From positions 8,891-72,890 of the IMG/VR virus record IMGVR_UViG_3300045258_000102: 64,000 nt of DNA. The stretch is one strand, 5' to 3'. Position numbers and translations under genes: made by a program. This document shows positions 1-10,045 of this stretch, one piece after another. Numbering within the stretch: the stretch's first letter is position 1; each line of letters opens with the position of its first letter. A model generated the notes under the pieces. That model saw only the letters and a program-made list of their open reading frames with translations, did no database searches and was not told the DNA's origin. This DNA is from a virus.

Positions 1-133
1 CGAGTTGGTCGTGTGCCTGTTGCCGCGCTAGTTCTAGCTGGCGCTGCTGCTCGTCGTGCTGCGCCTGACCGGTGAGGTAGGAAATACCGCCGGTGAGGAT
101 TGGACTCAGTGGGTTCTGGACATCAAAGCCCAT
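1..133 (-). CDS. 5' part of probable internal virion/ejection protein (runs off window)
   Basis: ATG at 133 opens MGFDVQNPLSPILTGGISYLTGQAQHDEQQRQ... with no stop before the edge; follows the tail genes. Confidence 0.55.
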   Translation of the reverse strand, partial: MGFDVQNPLSPILTGGISYLTGQAQHDEQQRQLELARQQAHDQL

Positions 134-162
134 TGCACGACTCGGCTAGATTTGGGGTTCGA

Positions 163-1611
163 CTACATTCCGGCGTAAGCGGGATTGCTCATAAACCCGC
201 CACGCGTCGACATTCCAGACCAGTAAGGCGAGAGGTAACTCAGAGGGCTGTCAAATGCCGTTGGGTGATTCGACATCGGATAGGTGCCGGTTGGCCCCTG
301 CCCAGCATAGCCCGGTACAAACGCGTCCATTGGGCTTCCATAATACGGCTTGGTCGGATCGGTTGTCGTGCCGACCGCGAAGTTCTGCCCTGGCCTGTGG
401 TTGATATTCTTCAGGTAGCCGTTCGGTCCGGCAGATGGAATCACCCTCGTGTCGATCGAGGGCGAACCGTAGCCGCCACCGTAACCAGTTCCGTAACCAC
501 CGCCGTAGTTCTGAATCATCCGGCCGAGCAGTCCCTGAATGAATGGATCCGAGCCGTAGCCGCCTCCCGGTGGCGCCGCATATTGGGCGGTGCCTTGCAC
601 AACGCGAGTCCCGGCCGGCGGCGGACTCGTGACGTACTGGCTGTGCAGCGTCGACTGCGAACCACTCGGGTCGATCTGGCCGCTGAGCGGACCGGTGCCC
701 GGTCGCACGTAGCTGCCGCCGCCAACGGGTGTGTAGCCTTGGCCGACCATCTGCGCCTCTTGCGACGGCGCCGCTCCCGGTCGGAAGACTGACGCGTTTG
801 CTTTGTACCACGCGTCGGTGCCCGGTTGAGGACCGGCAATTGCCGGACGCGATGGAGTCGGAGCCGACGAGCTCGCCTGTGGCAAGCCGATAGCACCGTA
901 GCCGCCGTTGGTCGATACCGGTGATGTCACGGCACCAGCCGTAGCTGCCGGCGGCATTGTTGCGACTGGCGTGCCTCCGGTGGTTCCGCTCAATTGGCCC
1001 GATGGATGATTGTTGTCGAGCGAGGTGAATAGTCCCGGCAGGTTGTAGCCCGGGTTGCCTGCCGATGCGCCTCCGCCAATCGCTCCTACTCCGGCCTGGC
1101 CTGCGCCAAGCATGAGTTGGTTGAGTCCGCCGAGATCCGGATAGCCGTCGGTGCGTCGCTCCATGACGCCAGCGATCGGAGCCGCTGTCGACGCCCGCGT
1201 GTTGATGCGGTTTTGCAGCAGCGAGTCGTTGACATTGGTCAGAGCCGCTTGCCGCTGCGTCTCCGTGTCGCGCTGCCGAGCTTGGTTGAACGACGTGCCG
1301 GTGAGCCCCTGATTGGCTGCGGCGACCTTCTGGCTGCCGGCGAGCTTGTTGAACGCCTTGTTGACGTCGGCGACGCGAGATGCGCCAACATTGGCGACGT
1401 CGGCGAGAGAGGCGTTTCGGTCTAAACCGAGTAGGTTTAACGTGTCGTAATACCGATTCAGGCTGTCGGTGCGGGCCTGCCCTTCTTTGTTCTGGGCATC
1501 TTTGAGCAGGTTGAGGATCAGCGACACGGCCGAGTTCGGACCGGTTTGTTGCTGCTGTTGCCAGTTGGCGAGCTGGGATTGGTAAACGGCGTCAGCGTAC
1601 GGATCGGACAT
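163..1611 (-). CDS. Probable internal virion (DNA ejection) protein, Q/A/G/P-rich
   Basis: 482 aa, helical Q/A-rich N-half and low-complexity C-half; located downstream of podovirus tail genes. Confidence 0.55.
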   Translation of the reverse strand: MSDPYADAVYQSQLANWQQQQQTGPNSAVSLILNLLKDAQNKEGQARTDSLNRYYDTLNLLGLDRNASLADVANVGASRVADVNKAFNKLAGSQKVAAANQGLTGTSFNQARQRDTETQRQAALTNVNDSLLQNRINTRASTAAPIAGVMERRTDGYPDLGGLNQLMLGAGQAGVGAIGGGASAGNPGYNLPGLFTSLDNNHPSGQLSGTTGGTPVATMPPAATAGAVTSPVSTNGGYGAIGLPQASSSAPTPSRPAIAGPQPGTDAWYKANASVFRPGAAPSQEAQMVGQGYTPVGGGSYVRPGTGPLSGQIDPSGSQSTLHSQYVTSPPPAGTRVVQGTAQYAAPPGGGYGSDPFIQGLLGRMIQNYGGGYGTGYGGGYGSPSIDTRVIPSAGPNGYLKNINHRPGQNFAVGTTTDPTKPYYGSPMDAFVPGYAGQGPTGTYPMSNHPTAFDSPLSYLSPYWSGMSTRGGFMSNPAYAGM

Positions 1612-1659
1612 GGCTTGGTCTCCTGGCTGGATTCAACGTAAACACTACCCGGCTAAAGA

Positions 1660-2001
1660 TCAAAGTGGCCCTGCCGCGTTTCGGCTGCCCAGCCACGCCG
1701 AGAACTTCCCGATCGCGTCGTTGATGCCGAATCGCTCGCCGAACGCGTTGAGAGCTTCCTGGCGCTTCTCACAGCCGCAGTTAGGGTCGAGGTTGAGTTC
1801 TGCTTTGAGGGCGACGTAGCGCTCTTTGGTGACGCCGAAAGTGGCGAAGAAGGATTCGGCGAGGTCGCCCAGTCCGACGCTGTCGCTGGTCTCGCCGCAC
1901 GCGCGGTAGTAATTTCCCACCGCGTCGATCGGAATTGGCAGCCCGCAATCTGGGCAGATGGTGCCCTTCGGTGAGTCAGACGGTATCTGGCAGTTCTTCA
2001 T
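1660..2001 (-). CDS. Cys-rich phage protein (CxxC plus GLGD...CGCxxRQxxLN motif)
   Basis: ATG 2001 overlaps the upstream TGA (ATGA); motifs CPDCG, GLGDL and CGCEKRQEALN. Confidence 0.7.
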   Translation of the reverse strand: MKNCQIPSDSPKGTICPDCGLPIPIDAVGNYYRACGETSDSVGLGDLAESFFATFGVTKERYVALKAELNLDPNCGCEKRQEALNAFGERFGINDAIGKFSAWLGSRNAAGPL

Positions 2002-2492
2002 ACGAGATGGACCGTGACGCTTGACGGCGGTGTGCAATCGCTGGTGAGGCAAGTCTGGCGCGGAACGACCAGCGGGCTGCATAGGTCGGCAAGGTCGGTT
2101 CCCCTAACAGCCCAGTAGCCAACCGATCCGCCAGATAGCGTGGCGATGTCGATACAGCCGACCTCGACCGTGTACCCAGTGGGTCCGTACGACAAGCAAA
2201 TGCCGACGCCCGGAGGCGCCGGGCTGCAAAATCCGGTGGCCACTGACCAAGCAAAACTGCAAGGACCAGGAAATCTGGTGAATCCGCAGAACGAGCCGCC
2301 GCAGGTGCTGGCCGCAAGCGTGAACGTCCCCTGGAACACGCTGCAAGCGCAGCCGGTGGTTCGGCTGCCGCTCCACGCCCCGATAACAACCGAAGGCGTT
2401 GCGTTGAGCACGCACGCGAGCGTCGTGCCGCAAACCAGCAGCTTATCATCAAAGATGCCCAGCTTTCCCGAGCAGATTCGCAGCGTGGTCAT
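1998..2492 (-). CDS. Cys-rich tail-associated protein
   Basis: 164 aa with many Cys; coupled to both neighbours by ATGA overlaps. Confidence 0.6.
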   Translation of the reverse strand: MTTLRICSGKLGIFDDKLLVCGTTLACVLNATPSVVIGAWSGSRTTGCACSVFQGTFTLAASTCGGSFCGFTRFPGPCSFAWSVATGFCSPAPPGVGICLSYGPTGYTVEVGCIDIATLSGGSVGYWAVRGTDLADLCSPLVVPRQTCLTSDCTPPSSVTVHLV

Positions 2493-3478
2493 GGGCAGCT
2501 CGTGGTCGCCGCCACCGAACTCGCAATCGTGCCCGATGTGCCTGGGTCCACGGCGTAGACTTGGTAGTTGTGGTAGGTGAGAGTGACCGTGAGTAGCGTG
2601 CTCGACAGTGTGAGCGTAAGTCCAGTGACGCTGCGGATCGTCGTATTGACCGCGGCCCGGAAGTCGTTGCCTACGAGCTGCACGCCGGCGCTCGCCGTGT
2701 AAACTGGCACCGTCGAGTTGATGATCGTCGTGATCGACGAGGCCGGCACCCAGGCGGTAAGGTTTCCGCTCACCTCGTCGAACTTCACGTCGACGTCGCT
2801 GCCGCCCTTTGTCGCAACCGGGCTCACCTTGTCGATCGCGAAACCTTCCGCGTCGGATCCGTCGTGCTTGACCTTGAACTTCTTCGTGTCAATTCCAGTA
2901 CCGCCGAGGTCGTCGACCTGGAAGAAGAATCGCTCGGTCCCGTCGCCGTTGTCCTCGTGCTGGACGAGCCGCATCGTGCCGGCGTCGTACGCGCCAGGAT
3001 TGGCGATCTTTGCTTCGAGGTAGTCGGCGCCGCCGCCCATGTTGTCGGCCGAGTTGAGCGCGACCTTGTGGTCTGAACCGCCGCCTCCACCGCCGCCGCT
3101 CGTGTTGCCGACGGTATCGACTTCGTAACGAGTGGTTCCGTCTGGCAGCCTGAACGCCTTGGCGTAGCCCATGTCGCCAGCCACGGCCGTCGGCTGGAAT
3201 CGCTGCAGGAGATCCGTGATCGTCACCGGGATCGTCGTCGCGTTGCCGTCGTTGTCGAGCGCCAACGCCGGCGCTTCGAACGATGTGCCGTCGAACGAGT
3301 CAGTGAGCGCGAACCGCAGCCAGCTCACGTGTGAGGTCTCGTACGGCGCTTGGTACGGTCCCGGCCGCCCCAGCGTGTCGTGGAGCGTCACGGCCGCGCG
3401 CGCGTTGTGGTTCTGGTCCGACTCGCTGCCGATCGTCTTGCGAAAGAGGTTGCCGCCCTGGTTCTTGGAGATGGCCAC
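2489..3478 (-). CDS. Tail fibre/spike-like protein
   Basis: GTG 3478 overlaps the upstream TAG; poly-Gly linker; two DxKV...D...(Y/F)..xK repeats; T/V/S-rich C-terminus. Confidence 0.6.
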   Translation of the reverse strand: MAISKNQGGNLFRKTIGSESDQNHNARAAVTLHDTLGRPGPYQAPYETSHVSWLRFALTDSFDGTSFEAPALALDNDGNATTIPVTITDLLQRFQPTAVAGDMGYAKAFRLPDGTTRYEVDTVGNTSGGGGGGGSDHKVALNSADNMGGGADYLEAKIANPGAYDAGTMRLVQHEDNGDGTERFFFQVDDLGGTGIDTKKFKVKHDGSDAEGFAIDKVSPVATKGGSDVDVKFDEVSGNLTAWVPASSITTIINSTVPVYTASAGVQLVGNDFRAAVNTTIRSVTGLTLTLSSTLLTVTLTYHNYQVYAVDPGTSGTIASSVAATTSCP

Positions 3479-4992
3479 TAGAGATACCTCTCGCTGCCGC
3501 CGGGCTTGATGATCAGGTCGATCTCCTCGATGGACCAGAAGCTCGTGTACGGGATGGCGACCTTCGCCATCACCACCGCGCCGCGTAGGCCCGGGTGGCA
3601 GCGCCAATGGTTTTCCTTCAGTGCTCGGACGTTCGTCGTCCAGAGGCGGTCTTCGTCGCCCGCGTCCATTGCGGCTTTACAACTGTCGGCGTCGCCGGCC
3701 GTCACAAAACTGATCGTTGCCGACTGCGTGTCGTCGTCGGTGTTCTCGCTGAACTTGACGACAGCTTGCTGCAACTGGCCCTGAGTGCTTACGCCATTAC
3801 CCATCGCCACCGGTCCGATGACCACGTAGTTCTCGAAAATCTCTCCGTCGTCGATGTCGGCTTGAAAGCGATTCAGGCCACTGCCGCCCATCAGCACCGG
3901 CGAATAGTCGTCGGTTTCCAGTGGACCGAACGTATAGGCGCACATTGGCCGAATGTCATCCGTGAACTTCATGGGCCAGAAGCCGCGTCCGCTCCAATCG
4001 ATCTTCCACTGCTGATCTAGCGTCGAGTCGGTCTTGTGCGTGGCGACGACGTAGACGCAGTCGAACCGTGGATCAAAAGCGAGGCAGGCGTCGTACTTTG
4101 TGCTCGTGATGCCAAGCATTTCATTGGGTAGCGGTCGCTTCGAGAGCGGTTCCGCCGCGCCGCCGGCGCCAGCAATCACGTAGACGCCATCTTGCGAGAG
4201 GAAAACGAACTCGTTGCCGGGCCCGAAGCAGTAGGCGCCGCGCGTGACGGGTCCGAACTTTTGGCAGAATGTGCCGAGGCTCGCGCCTTCCGCCGTCGGG
4301 TCGCCACGGAGAATGTAAATCTGATCCTGGCAGGCAAAGAGCAGCGTGTCGTCGCCATAGGGGATCGGCGCCGTGATTGGCGCACCGATCTTGCCGCCGA
4401 GGAAGTCGCTCCCCTGGATCGCGATACCGGGAATGAATGGCCCGAAATCCCAGCCGAGCGGGTTGTCGGTGTCGCTCATAAACCATTCTTCGTCTTTGAC
4501 GAGCACGATGCGCCCGAGGTAAACGCAGCCATTGGTGCAACCGGTCGGGATGGTGCCGGGCGAGTCGGCGGTCCAGGTGTGCACGGTGTCGTCCGAGAAG
4601 TCGTAGTATTTGTACGAAGAGTCGAGGATGTAGAGCTGGTTGCCGTAGGGGATGAGGCCGATCGGCGCGTTGGCGGTGAATCCGCTCGCGACGCTCGTAA
4701 ACGACGTGCCGGCCGAGGACTTGTAGAGGTGGCCGCCAACCATCGCCATCAACTGGCGGTTGTACGTCGAACCGATGGCGACGCGGACTTCCGAGATCCC
4801 GCTGACGTAACCGGTCGTTCCGACGCCGACCAGCGGCGGCCGCCGGGCGCCTCGCTTACGACCGGTCTTGAAGTCGGTCGGCCAGACGTTGAGGCAATCA
4901 CACGTCGTGTATGGCGGCTGCGACTGGAAAGCCAGCGAGCGGTTGAGGCCGCCGATCGGGAAGATGACGCGCTTGGTAAACGTGCCCGGCAT
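3478..4992 (-). CDS. Podovirus tail nozzle / DNA stabilisation protein (P22 gp10 / T7 gp12-like beta-propeller)
   Basis: About 504 aa from MPGTFTKRV; N-terminal GGLN...CLNV...R motif and beta-rich repeats; expected position. Confidence 0.7.
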   Translation of the reverse strand: MPGTFTKRVIFPIGGLNRSLAFQSQPPYTTCDCLNVWPTDFKTGRKRGARRPPLVGVGTTGYVSGISEVRVAIGSTYNRQLMAMVGGHLYKSSAGTSFTSVASGFTANAPIGLIPYGNQLYILDSSYKYYDFSDDTVHTWTADSPGTIPTGCTNGCVYLGRIVLVKDEEWFMSDTDNPLGWDFGPFIPGIAIQGSDFLGGKIGAPITAPIPYGDDTLLFACQDQIYILRGDPTAEGASLGTFCQKFGPVTRGAYCFGPGNEFVFLSQDGVYVIAGAGGAAEPLSKRPLPNEMLGITSTKYDACLAFDPRFDCVYVVATHKTDSTLDQQWKIDWSGRGFWPMKFTDDIRPMCAYTFGPLETDDYSPVLMGGSGLNRFQADIDDGEIFENYVVIGPVAMGNGVSTQGQLQQAVVKFSENTDDDTQSATISFVTAGDADSCKAAMDAGDEDRLWTTNVRALKENHWRCHPGLRGAVVMAKVAIPYTSFWSIEEIDLIIKPGGSERYL

Positions 4993-5000
4993 TGAGTCTC

Positions 5001-5396
5001 CTAGCCCAAGACGTACGTCACATAGACATGCGATCCTGTGCGCACCGTCCTCAGCAACGCGGAGGTTGCGATCGCCACTACCGGGTTTCCGACGATCGTG
5101 TGGTCGGTGTTCGCCGTCAGCGTGATCGCGCCGGAAGACGTGTTGCGGTTGATGAGAGACCAGTTGAAGCCCTCGCCCGTGCAGATTCCCAAGGGTAGGC
5201 ACAGCGTGTCGAGATTCGAGCCGGTGTCGAGGTTGCCGACGATGGCGCCGGTCTGCCCGCTGGCGTTGATGATGCCGCCCAGCGTCTCGGCAGCGGTGTA
5301 CGTGTGCGGGCTCGCGCCGGTCTCAGCGTCGACCGTCGTCGCCACAAACAGCGCGTTGCCGATCGAGAGGTTCGGAATTGTATTGATTGAGCCCAT
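5001..5396 (-). CDS. Small virion structural protein
   Basis: T/G/A-rich beta protein, 131 aa, in the structural operon. Confidence 0.6.
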   Translation of the reverse strand: MGSINTIPNLSIGNALFVATTVDAETGASPHTYTAAETLGGIINASGQTGAIVGNLDTGSNLDTLCLPLGICTGEGFNWSLINRNTSSGAITLTANTDHTIVGNPVVAIATSALLRTVRTGSHVYVTYVLG

Positions 5397-5409
5397 GCTA
5401 GCGGTTTTC

Positions 5410-6159
5410 CTACAGGTAGCAGAGCGCGGCCAGATGGACCTCGCTAATGATCGCGTTGATGTTGGCACCGGCGTCGCCGTTGTCTGTAACGGTGGTCCCC
5501 AGGCGGATGTCTAGTAGGTCGCCAGGCACGAGGTTTGTGGCTGTGAGCGCCATGGTGATATTCGAAAGCGTGAGTGAGTCAATGTCGGCAGGGGTGCCGA
5601 AGAGGTCCACGGTCGGTGCAGCCGCTCTGTAGACGTTAGCCGTAAGCGTTGCCGCCGTGTCGGCTAGCGTCTGCATCCCGGCTTTGACAACCAAGGAAAT
5701 AGCTCCGCCAGGCACGTAGCGATCCGGCACGGGCACGATTTTTCTGGCGTATTGGGTTACGCCGCCGCTGCCGCCGACGTCGGAACCCTTGAGCGTCGGC
5801 GCGCTAGTGCCGTAGGTTCCGGGCGTGAAGATCAGATCGTCGGCCGAGAGCGCAGTCAAACCAAGCGGCGTTAGCGGCGCGTCCCAAACCTTCCAGTTGT
5901 CCAGCGGAATCGAGAACGTCTGCGTTCCGGTGACGGTCGTGGCGAGCGCTGTAAGTGACACGAATGCGCACGAGGCCGGCGACCCCGTGTTGACGTACAT
6001 CGCGTCGAGCGCCGTCGTGCCGAGCGCCTTGGTCCAGATTGCACCGTGCTGCCAGCCAATGACGCCGTCGGAGGGAACAGTCGGTCCGGTGCCGAAATCC
6101 AAGCCGTAGTCCGACTTGATGGCTTCGCCGGTGGCCGGAACGTGAATTGTGTCGGACAT
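5410..6159 (-). CDS. Virion appendage/decoration protein
   Basis: N-terminal PSDG..GW..G...YVNTG motif shared with the neighbouring gene, followed by a beta-sandwich-like domain. Confidence 0.6.
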   Translation of the reverse strand: MSDTIHVPATGEAIKSDYGLDFGTGPTVPSDGVIGWQHGAIWTKALGTTALDAMYVNTGSPASCAFVSLTALATTVTGTQTFSIPLDNWKVWDAPLTPLGLTALSADDLIFTPGTYGTSAPTLKGSDVGGSGGVTQYARKIVPVPDRYVPGGAISLVVKAGMQTLADTAATLTANVYRAAAPTVDLFGTPADIDSLTLSNITMALTATNLVPGDLLDIRLGTTVTDNGDAGANINAIISEVHLAALCYL

Positions 6160-6203
6160 GGTCGAGGCTCCTGGATTGCTGCGAGTGGTGCAAAAACGGT
6201 CGA

Positions 6204-6425
6204 CTACGACTCGGATCCGACGATCGTCCAGACTGCCGAAGCCAAAGTCCCGGTATTCTGATAGAGTTTCACGGTTCCGGTTATCGTGAGTACGCAGCCG
6301 GGTGCATAACCCGCCCCGCCGTCGGAAGGCAGTGTCGCGAGTCGAGCAAAATAAGTGCCCTCGCCCGGTAGCGAAATCAAAGCGCCGCCGGCCTCTGTAG
6401 CATGGATAGTTGCTGGCTTAGTCAT
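6204..6425 (-). CDS. Small virion protein (single anchor-like domain)
   Basis: PSDGGAGYAPG...YQNTG motif; GGAG SD upstream. Confidence 0.65.
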   Translation of the reverse strand: MTKPATIHATEAGGALISLPGEGTYFARLATLPSDGGAGYAPGCVLTITGTVKLYQNTGTLASAVWTIVGSES

Positions 6426-6437
6426 TTCAAAACTCCT

Positions 6438-7259
6438 TTAGGGAACTGGTGTGTAAGTGAGTCCGGTAGCGCGTGGGCCGCGATCGTACAAGTTGCCGCT
6501 GTGGTTGCCGTTGTATCCAAACGACCGCGGCGTCGTGAGGCTGCGATCGAAGTCAACGCTCGCGATCAAGAGTTCGAGGAATCGCGCAGCGTGCGGGCCG
6601 CGCTCGTCGTTGATACGAAGCTCGGCGGCTGCGAGCATCGATTCCAAGAGCGAGTCTGAATGCGGCTGGCCACCGAGCGGATAGGGCGTGTCGTCGGAGA
6701 TCGCGTGCGGAGCCGACCAATAGCGACCGTAGAGCGTCGCATTGCTCGAGGGCGTCGGGTAAACCATCAGCTGCTGACGCTGGCCGCTCGTGCCGTCGTT
6801 CGCCAGCGGGCAAACGGCCGCGAACTTCGGCATTGAGCCGAGCACTGAGGTCGTGCCGCGCTCGCGGAGTTTGAGGATCTCGCCGACTTTTGTTAGCGCG
6901 ACTCCTTCGCACTGGCTGTCCGTCGGGCTGTAATAGAGCTTGGGGCCGATGAAACCACCGAAGTCCGCCGGCAGCGTGTAATCTTTCGTGTCGGCCACTA
7001 ACGCCTGAGTCAGCATTGGCTTCAGGAAGCTCCACACGTGCGACGAGCGCTCGCCCGGCAAGCGCTGGCACTTGTAGAAGCCGTTCTCGCCCGACTTGAT
7101 CCAGGCGTCGACGTCGGCGAGCTGCTCGCTCGTCTTGGTGCCGGTCGCCGAGAGGCCGGCGTAGCGGTAGAGGGCGCGTGTGGCGACCGAACGCGTGAGC
7201 ACGAGCCCGCTTTCGCCGCCCGCTCCGCTTGCTGCCGTCGTTGTGAATGAGTTTCCCAT
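6438..7259 (-). CDS. Head-tail adaptor (tail tubular protein A-like)
   Basis: HVWSFLK, YTLPADF and VYPTP motifs typical of podovirus adaptors; position after the head genes. Confidence 0.7.
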   Translation of the reverse strand: MGNSFTTTAASGAGGESGLVLTRSVATRALYRYAGLSATGTKTSEQLADVDAWIKSGENGFYKCQRLPGERSSHVWSFLKPMLTQALVADTKDYTLPADFGGFIGPKLYYSPTDSQCEGVALTKVGEILKLRERGTTSVLGSMPKFAAVCPLANDGTSGQRQQLMVYPTPSSNATLYGRYWSAPHAISDDTPYPLGGQPHSDSLLESMLAAAELRINDERGPHAARFLELLIASVDFDRSLTTPRSFGYNGNHSGNLYDRGPRATGLTYTPVP

Positions 7260-7261
7260 GA

Positions 7262-7930
7262 TTAGTCAGCCACCGCCACAAAGGATTGGCCGTTGATCGA
7301 GTTTTCCCCAGATTTTTGCATCCAGAGCCAATAGGTCAATCCAGCATTGAGCAGGAAGGTGGCCTGGCCGTCGTCGTTCGTATCTTTGGTCCCGGCCACC
7401 ACATCGTCTCCCTCTGCGTCCGTGGTAATCCAGACGCGAGCGTTGGCCACCGGATCGCCGAGATCCGTGATCGTCATGGTGCAGGTATCGGCGCCGGCCC
7501 CAGGCGTCGCGACCCCGGCGAATTGATCGAGCGCACCGGGGCTGAATAGCACGGTCTGCACGCCGTCGATGAGCGTCGAACCGTCCCAGTACACAAGCCC
7601 GCTGCTGTTGAGCGAGAGGGCTGCACTGGTCGGTCCCGGCGACAAATTGCTGGGCGTCGCGACGTCGTAGGGTGCCATCAAATAGAACGCCGCCGGGAGC
7701 CCAGAAGGGAACGCGCTGCACTTGTACCTGCCGATTCCAGTACCGGTGCTTGTCCTGATCTCAGTCGCCGTTCGCCTGCCGGTTGCGAACGCGCTGTCGG
7801 CCACACCGGAGATCGCCGACATGGCCGATCCGCTGACGTAAATCGACTGCTGATCCTGCGAGAAGATCAACACCGCCAGATTTGCCTCGCGGCCGCTCGT
7901 GTAGCCAAATGCAAATTGGGTGTAAGCCAT
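7262..7930 (-). CDS. Structural protein with C-terminal carboxypeptidase-regulatory/Ig-like domain
   Basis: C-terminal GDPVANARVWI...TNDDGQATFLL..G.TY pattern. Confidence 0.6.
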   Translation of the reverse strand: MAYTQFAFGYTSGREANLAVLIFSQDQQSIYVSGSAMSAISGVADSAFATGRRTATEIRTSTGTGIGRYKCSAFPSGLPAAFYLMAPYDVATPSNLSPGPTSAALSLNSSGLVYWDGSTLIDGVQTVLFSPGALDQFAGVATPGAGADTCTMTITDLGDPVANARVWITTDAEGDDVVAGTKDTNDDGQATFLLNAGLTYWLWMQKSGENSINGQSFVAVAD

Positions 7931-9507
7931 CAGTACGTGTAGATTTCGATTTGATTGGAGGTGCGCACGCCGGACGGGATATTCGGCGAGCCCAGCGTTC
8001 CAGTCGTGCCGTCGGCCCAGCGCGTCGGGCGGCTCGAAGCGCCACGGAGGGTGATCCTATTCGCGGTCAGCGCGATGCCGTCTTCGACGTAAAAGCCGTT
8101 GGTGTGACTGTCGTCGAGGACTACGTTGAGGTGCGTCCCGGCGAGGTGGCCAGCAACGTGGCAGGCGTGTGTCCCGCTGCCGCCGACTCGGGCGTTGATT
8201 TGCTGGCACTGCAACGTGTCGGAGGCGTTGCTTCCGATCAGCAAGCCGTTGCCGGACGTAGTGTCGATATAGGCCGATGGTAGGTCGAGCCGGTCGGCGT
8301 AGGTGCCGATGACCACCGAGTAGCCAGTCGGATTGGGGTCGCCGCCGTCGGCAGTCGTCGTGCTGTTGTTGATGTGGATGGCCGCGACGTAGCAGTTAGG
8401 GGCCATGATCCGCGCATCGCAGTGGCTGTTGCTGAAGGCCCGTACCGAGGCGCCGATAATACTTCCCGCAGCCGTTTCAGCGACATCCAAGCCGATACCG
8501 GAATTTTCGAGCTCCCAATTCCCGTCGCCGATAGTTCCGGCCCCTGACAGCAGCATGGCCGCGATTCCGCAGCCGAAGTTGTGATTTTTTCCGACCTGGA
8601 TGGCGTTGCCGAGTAGCAACATGCCGTAGTCTCGGCAGCCCTGTGAGGTGTGGTTATCGGTTACCGCATCGGTCGCCGCGATCGTCAAGCCGCACAAGGA
8701 ATGGCGAACCGTAGTATTCTCAATATGTATTTTTTCATGGTCCAGCGGCGCGAAGTTGGCCGATTGCGTGGCGGGGTCCAGCGCGTAACTGGCGTAGATT
8801 CCGTGCCCCGGAAAGCCGGTCAAAATGAGGTTCTGGATGAGCGCCGCCGACGCCTCGAATGCCAGCCCATCGCACGCATACTTGCGTGTCGTCTCAAACG
8901 CAAAGTTGGAGCTAATTCTAGGATTCGGGTCGGCGCAGAGCAGCCAGTTCCGAACCGTCGGACAGCAAATGCCACCCTGCGGAAAGTACCCGTTGGCGTT
9001 GATCGCCACGTCCGAGCTAACGACCGCGACATCGTTGTAGAGCCGCGACAGTGCCAGCGATGTTGCGCCAGCGGCAGCGGCAGCGGTTAGCACAAGGTAG
9101 CCGGCGGGAAACTTGATCTGGAAACCGGCCGGAAGAGCGCGGTCGATCGCGGAGACCGCCAGCGTGGCCGTCGGAGCGCCAGCAGTGAACGTGTGCGAGG
9201 CGCCGGCTGTGACCAAGAGATTGTAGTAGCCGTCCTTGATGAGCGCGTTGGGCGAGGGAACCATGCAGCCGCCATCGACAGATGGGGGCGTGCACATCGA
9301 CTCGCTGGCGATGAGGATGGAGTTGAAGCCGGCGCTGCCTTCGATCAGGCAGCCGGACTCCATGGGGATCGGGGACGTACGGTAGTCTGAGAGGGCTTGG
9401 AGATTGGCCCGCAGCGTCGCGTCGTCGATCCCGTGGAAATTCGTGTTCGGAAACGACGGCCTGATCGTTTTCAGGATTCTGTCGGCGTTGTCTGCGGCAT
9501 CGAACAC
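7930..9507 (-). CDS. Tailspike / right-handed beta-helix (pectin-lyase-like) depolymerase candidate
   Basis: N/G/A/I-rich repeats such as IQNLILTGFPGHGI, IENTTVRHSLCGL and CRDYGMLL. Confidence 0.6.
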   Translation of the reverse strand: MFDAADNADRILKTIRPSFPNTNFHGIDDATLRANLQALSDYRTSPIPMESGCLIEGSAGFNSILIASESMCTPPSVDGGCMVPSPNALIKDGYYNLLVTAGASHTFTAGAPTATLAVSAIDRALPAGFQIKFPAGYLVLTAAAAAGATSLALSRLYNDVAVVSSDVAINANGYFPQGGICCPTVRNWLLCADPNPRISSNFAFETTRKYACDGLAFEASAALIQNLILTGFPGHGIYASYALDPATQSANFAPLDHEKIHIENTTVRHSLCGLTIAATDAVTDNHTSQGCRDYGMLLLGNAIQVGKNHNFGCGIAAMLLSGAGTIGDGNWELENSGIGLDVAETAAGSIIGASVRAFSNSHCDARIMAPNCYVAAIHINNSTTTADGGDPNPTGYSVVIGTYADRLDLPSAYIDTTSGNGLLIGSNASDTLQCQQINARVGGSGTHACHVAGHLAGTHLNVVLDDSHTNGFYVEDGIALTANRITLRGASSRPTRWADGTTGTLGSPNIPSGVRTSNQIEIYTY

Positions 9508-9552
9508 GTAGTCATCTCCAAGCCATAGGCCCAGTCGCCGCGGCGTGGCCGA

Positions 9553-9975
9553 CTACGCGCTGGCAAGAGCGTGCTCAGGCACTGAGACATCGGCTGGCGG
9601 CACCTTCCGCTCCTCCGCCTCGCCGTCGAGCAAAACCACCGCTTCCCCGCCACCACCGACGCCTTTGAAGAACGCCTCGGTCGGCGTCCCGCGCCAGTTG
9701 ACGGTTACGATATCGTCGAGCTTGAGCTTTTTGGCTCGATAGAGCTCAACAACTGTTGGCGGCAATAGCTCGTGCTTAATCGGCTCGCCGTGGCCCTCAG
9801 AAAACGCGACGATCACCAGATCGTGGTCCCGCATCGGTTCGCCAATGCGATCGCACAGCCGCTTGAACCGCCAGTAAGCCTCGACGATCGCCGCCGGTAG
9901 CGCTGCGTGCTCATCGAGCAGCAGTATGTCTCGCATCTTCTGGACGATCGGCCTGGCAATCTCTCGCGTTTCCAT
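9553..9975 (-). CDS. Hypothetical protein
   Basis: 140 aa ORF with AAAGG SD-like motif, collinear with the operon. Confidence 0.6.
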   Translation of the reverse strand: METREIARPIVQKMRDILLLDEHAALPAAIVEAYWRFKRLCDRIGEPMRDHDLVIVAFSEGHGEPIKHELLPPTVVELYRAKKLKLDDIVTVNWRGTPTEAFFKGVGGGGEAVVLLDGEAEERKVPPADVSVPEHALASA

Positions 9976-9995
9976 CGTGTGCCTTTCAGCGGGCC

Positions 9996-10026
9996 AAAAA
10001 ATCCCGAGCCCGCAGTGGGCCCGGGA
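9996..10026 (-). terminator. Intrinsic terminator downstream of the capsid genes
   Basis: Minus strand TCCCGGGCCC-ACTGC-GGGCTCGGGA-TTTTTT. Confidence 0.75.
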
Positions 10027-10045
10027 GCAAAGTTCAACAATCGAC

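Noticed and set aside
163-1611. Tape measure protein
   Set aside because: Too short and lacking TMP-type repeats, and no tail tube or chaperone genes are seen; podovirus ejection protein is more likely.
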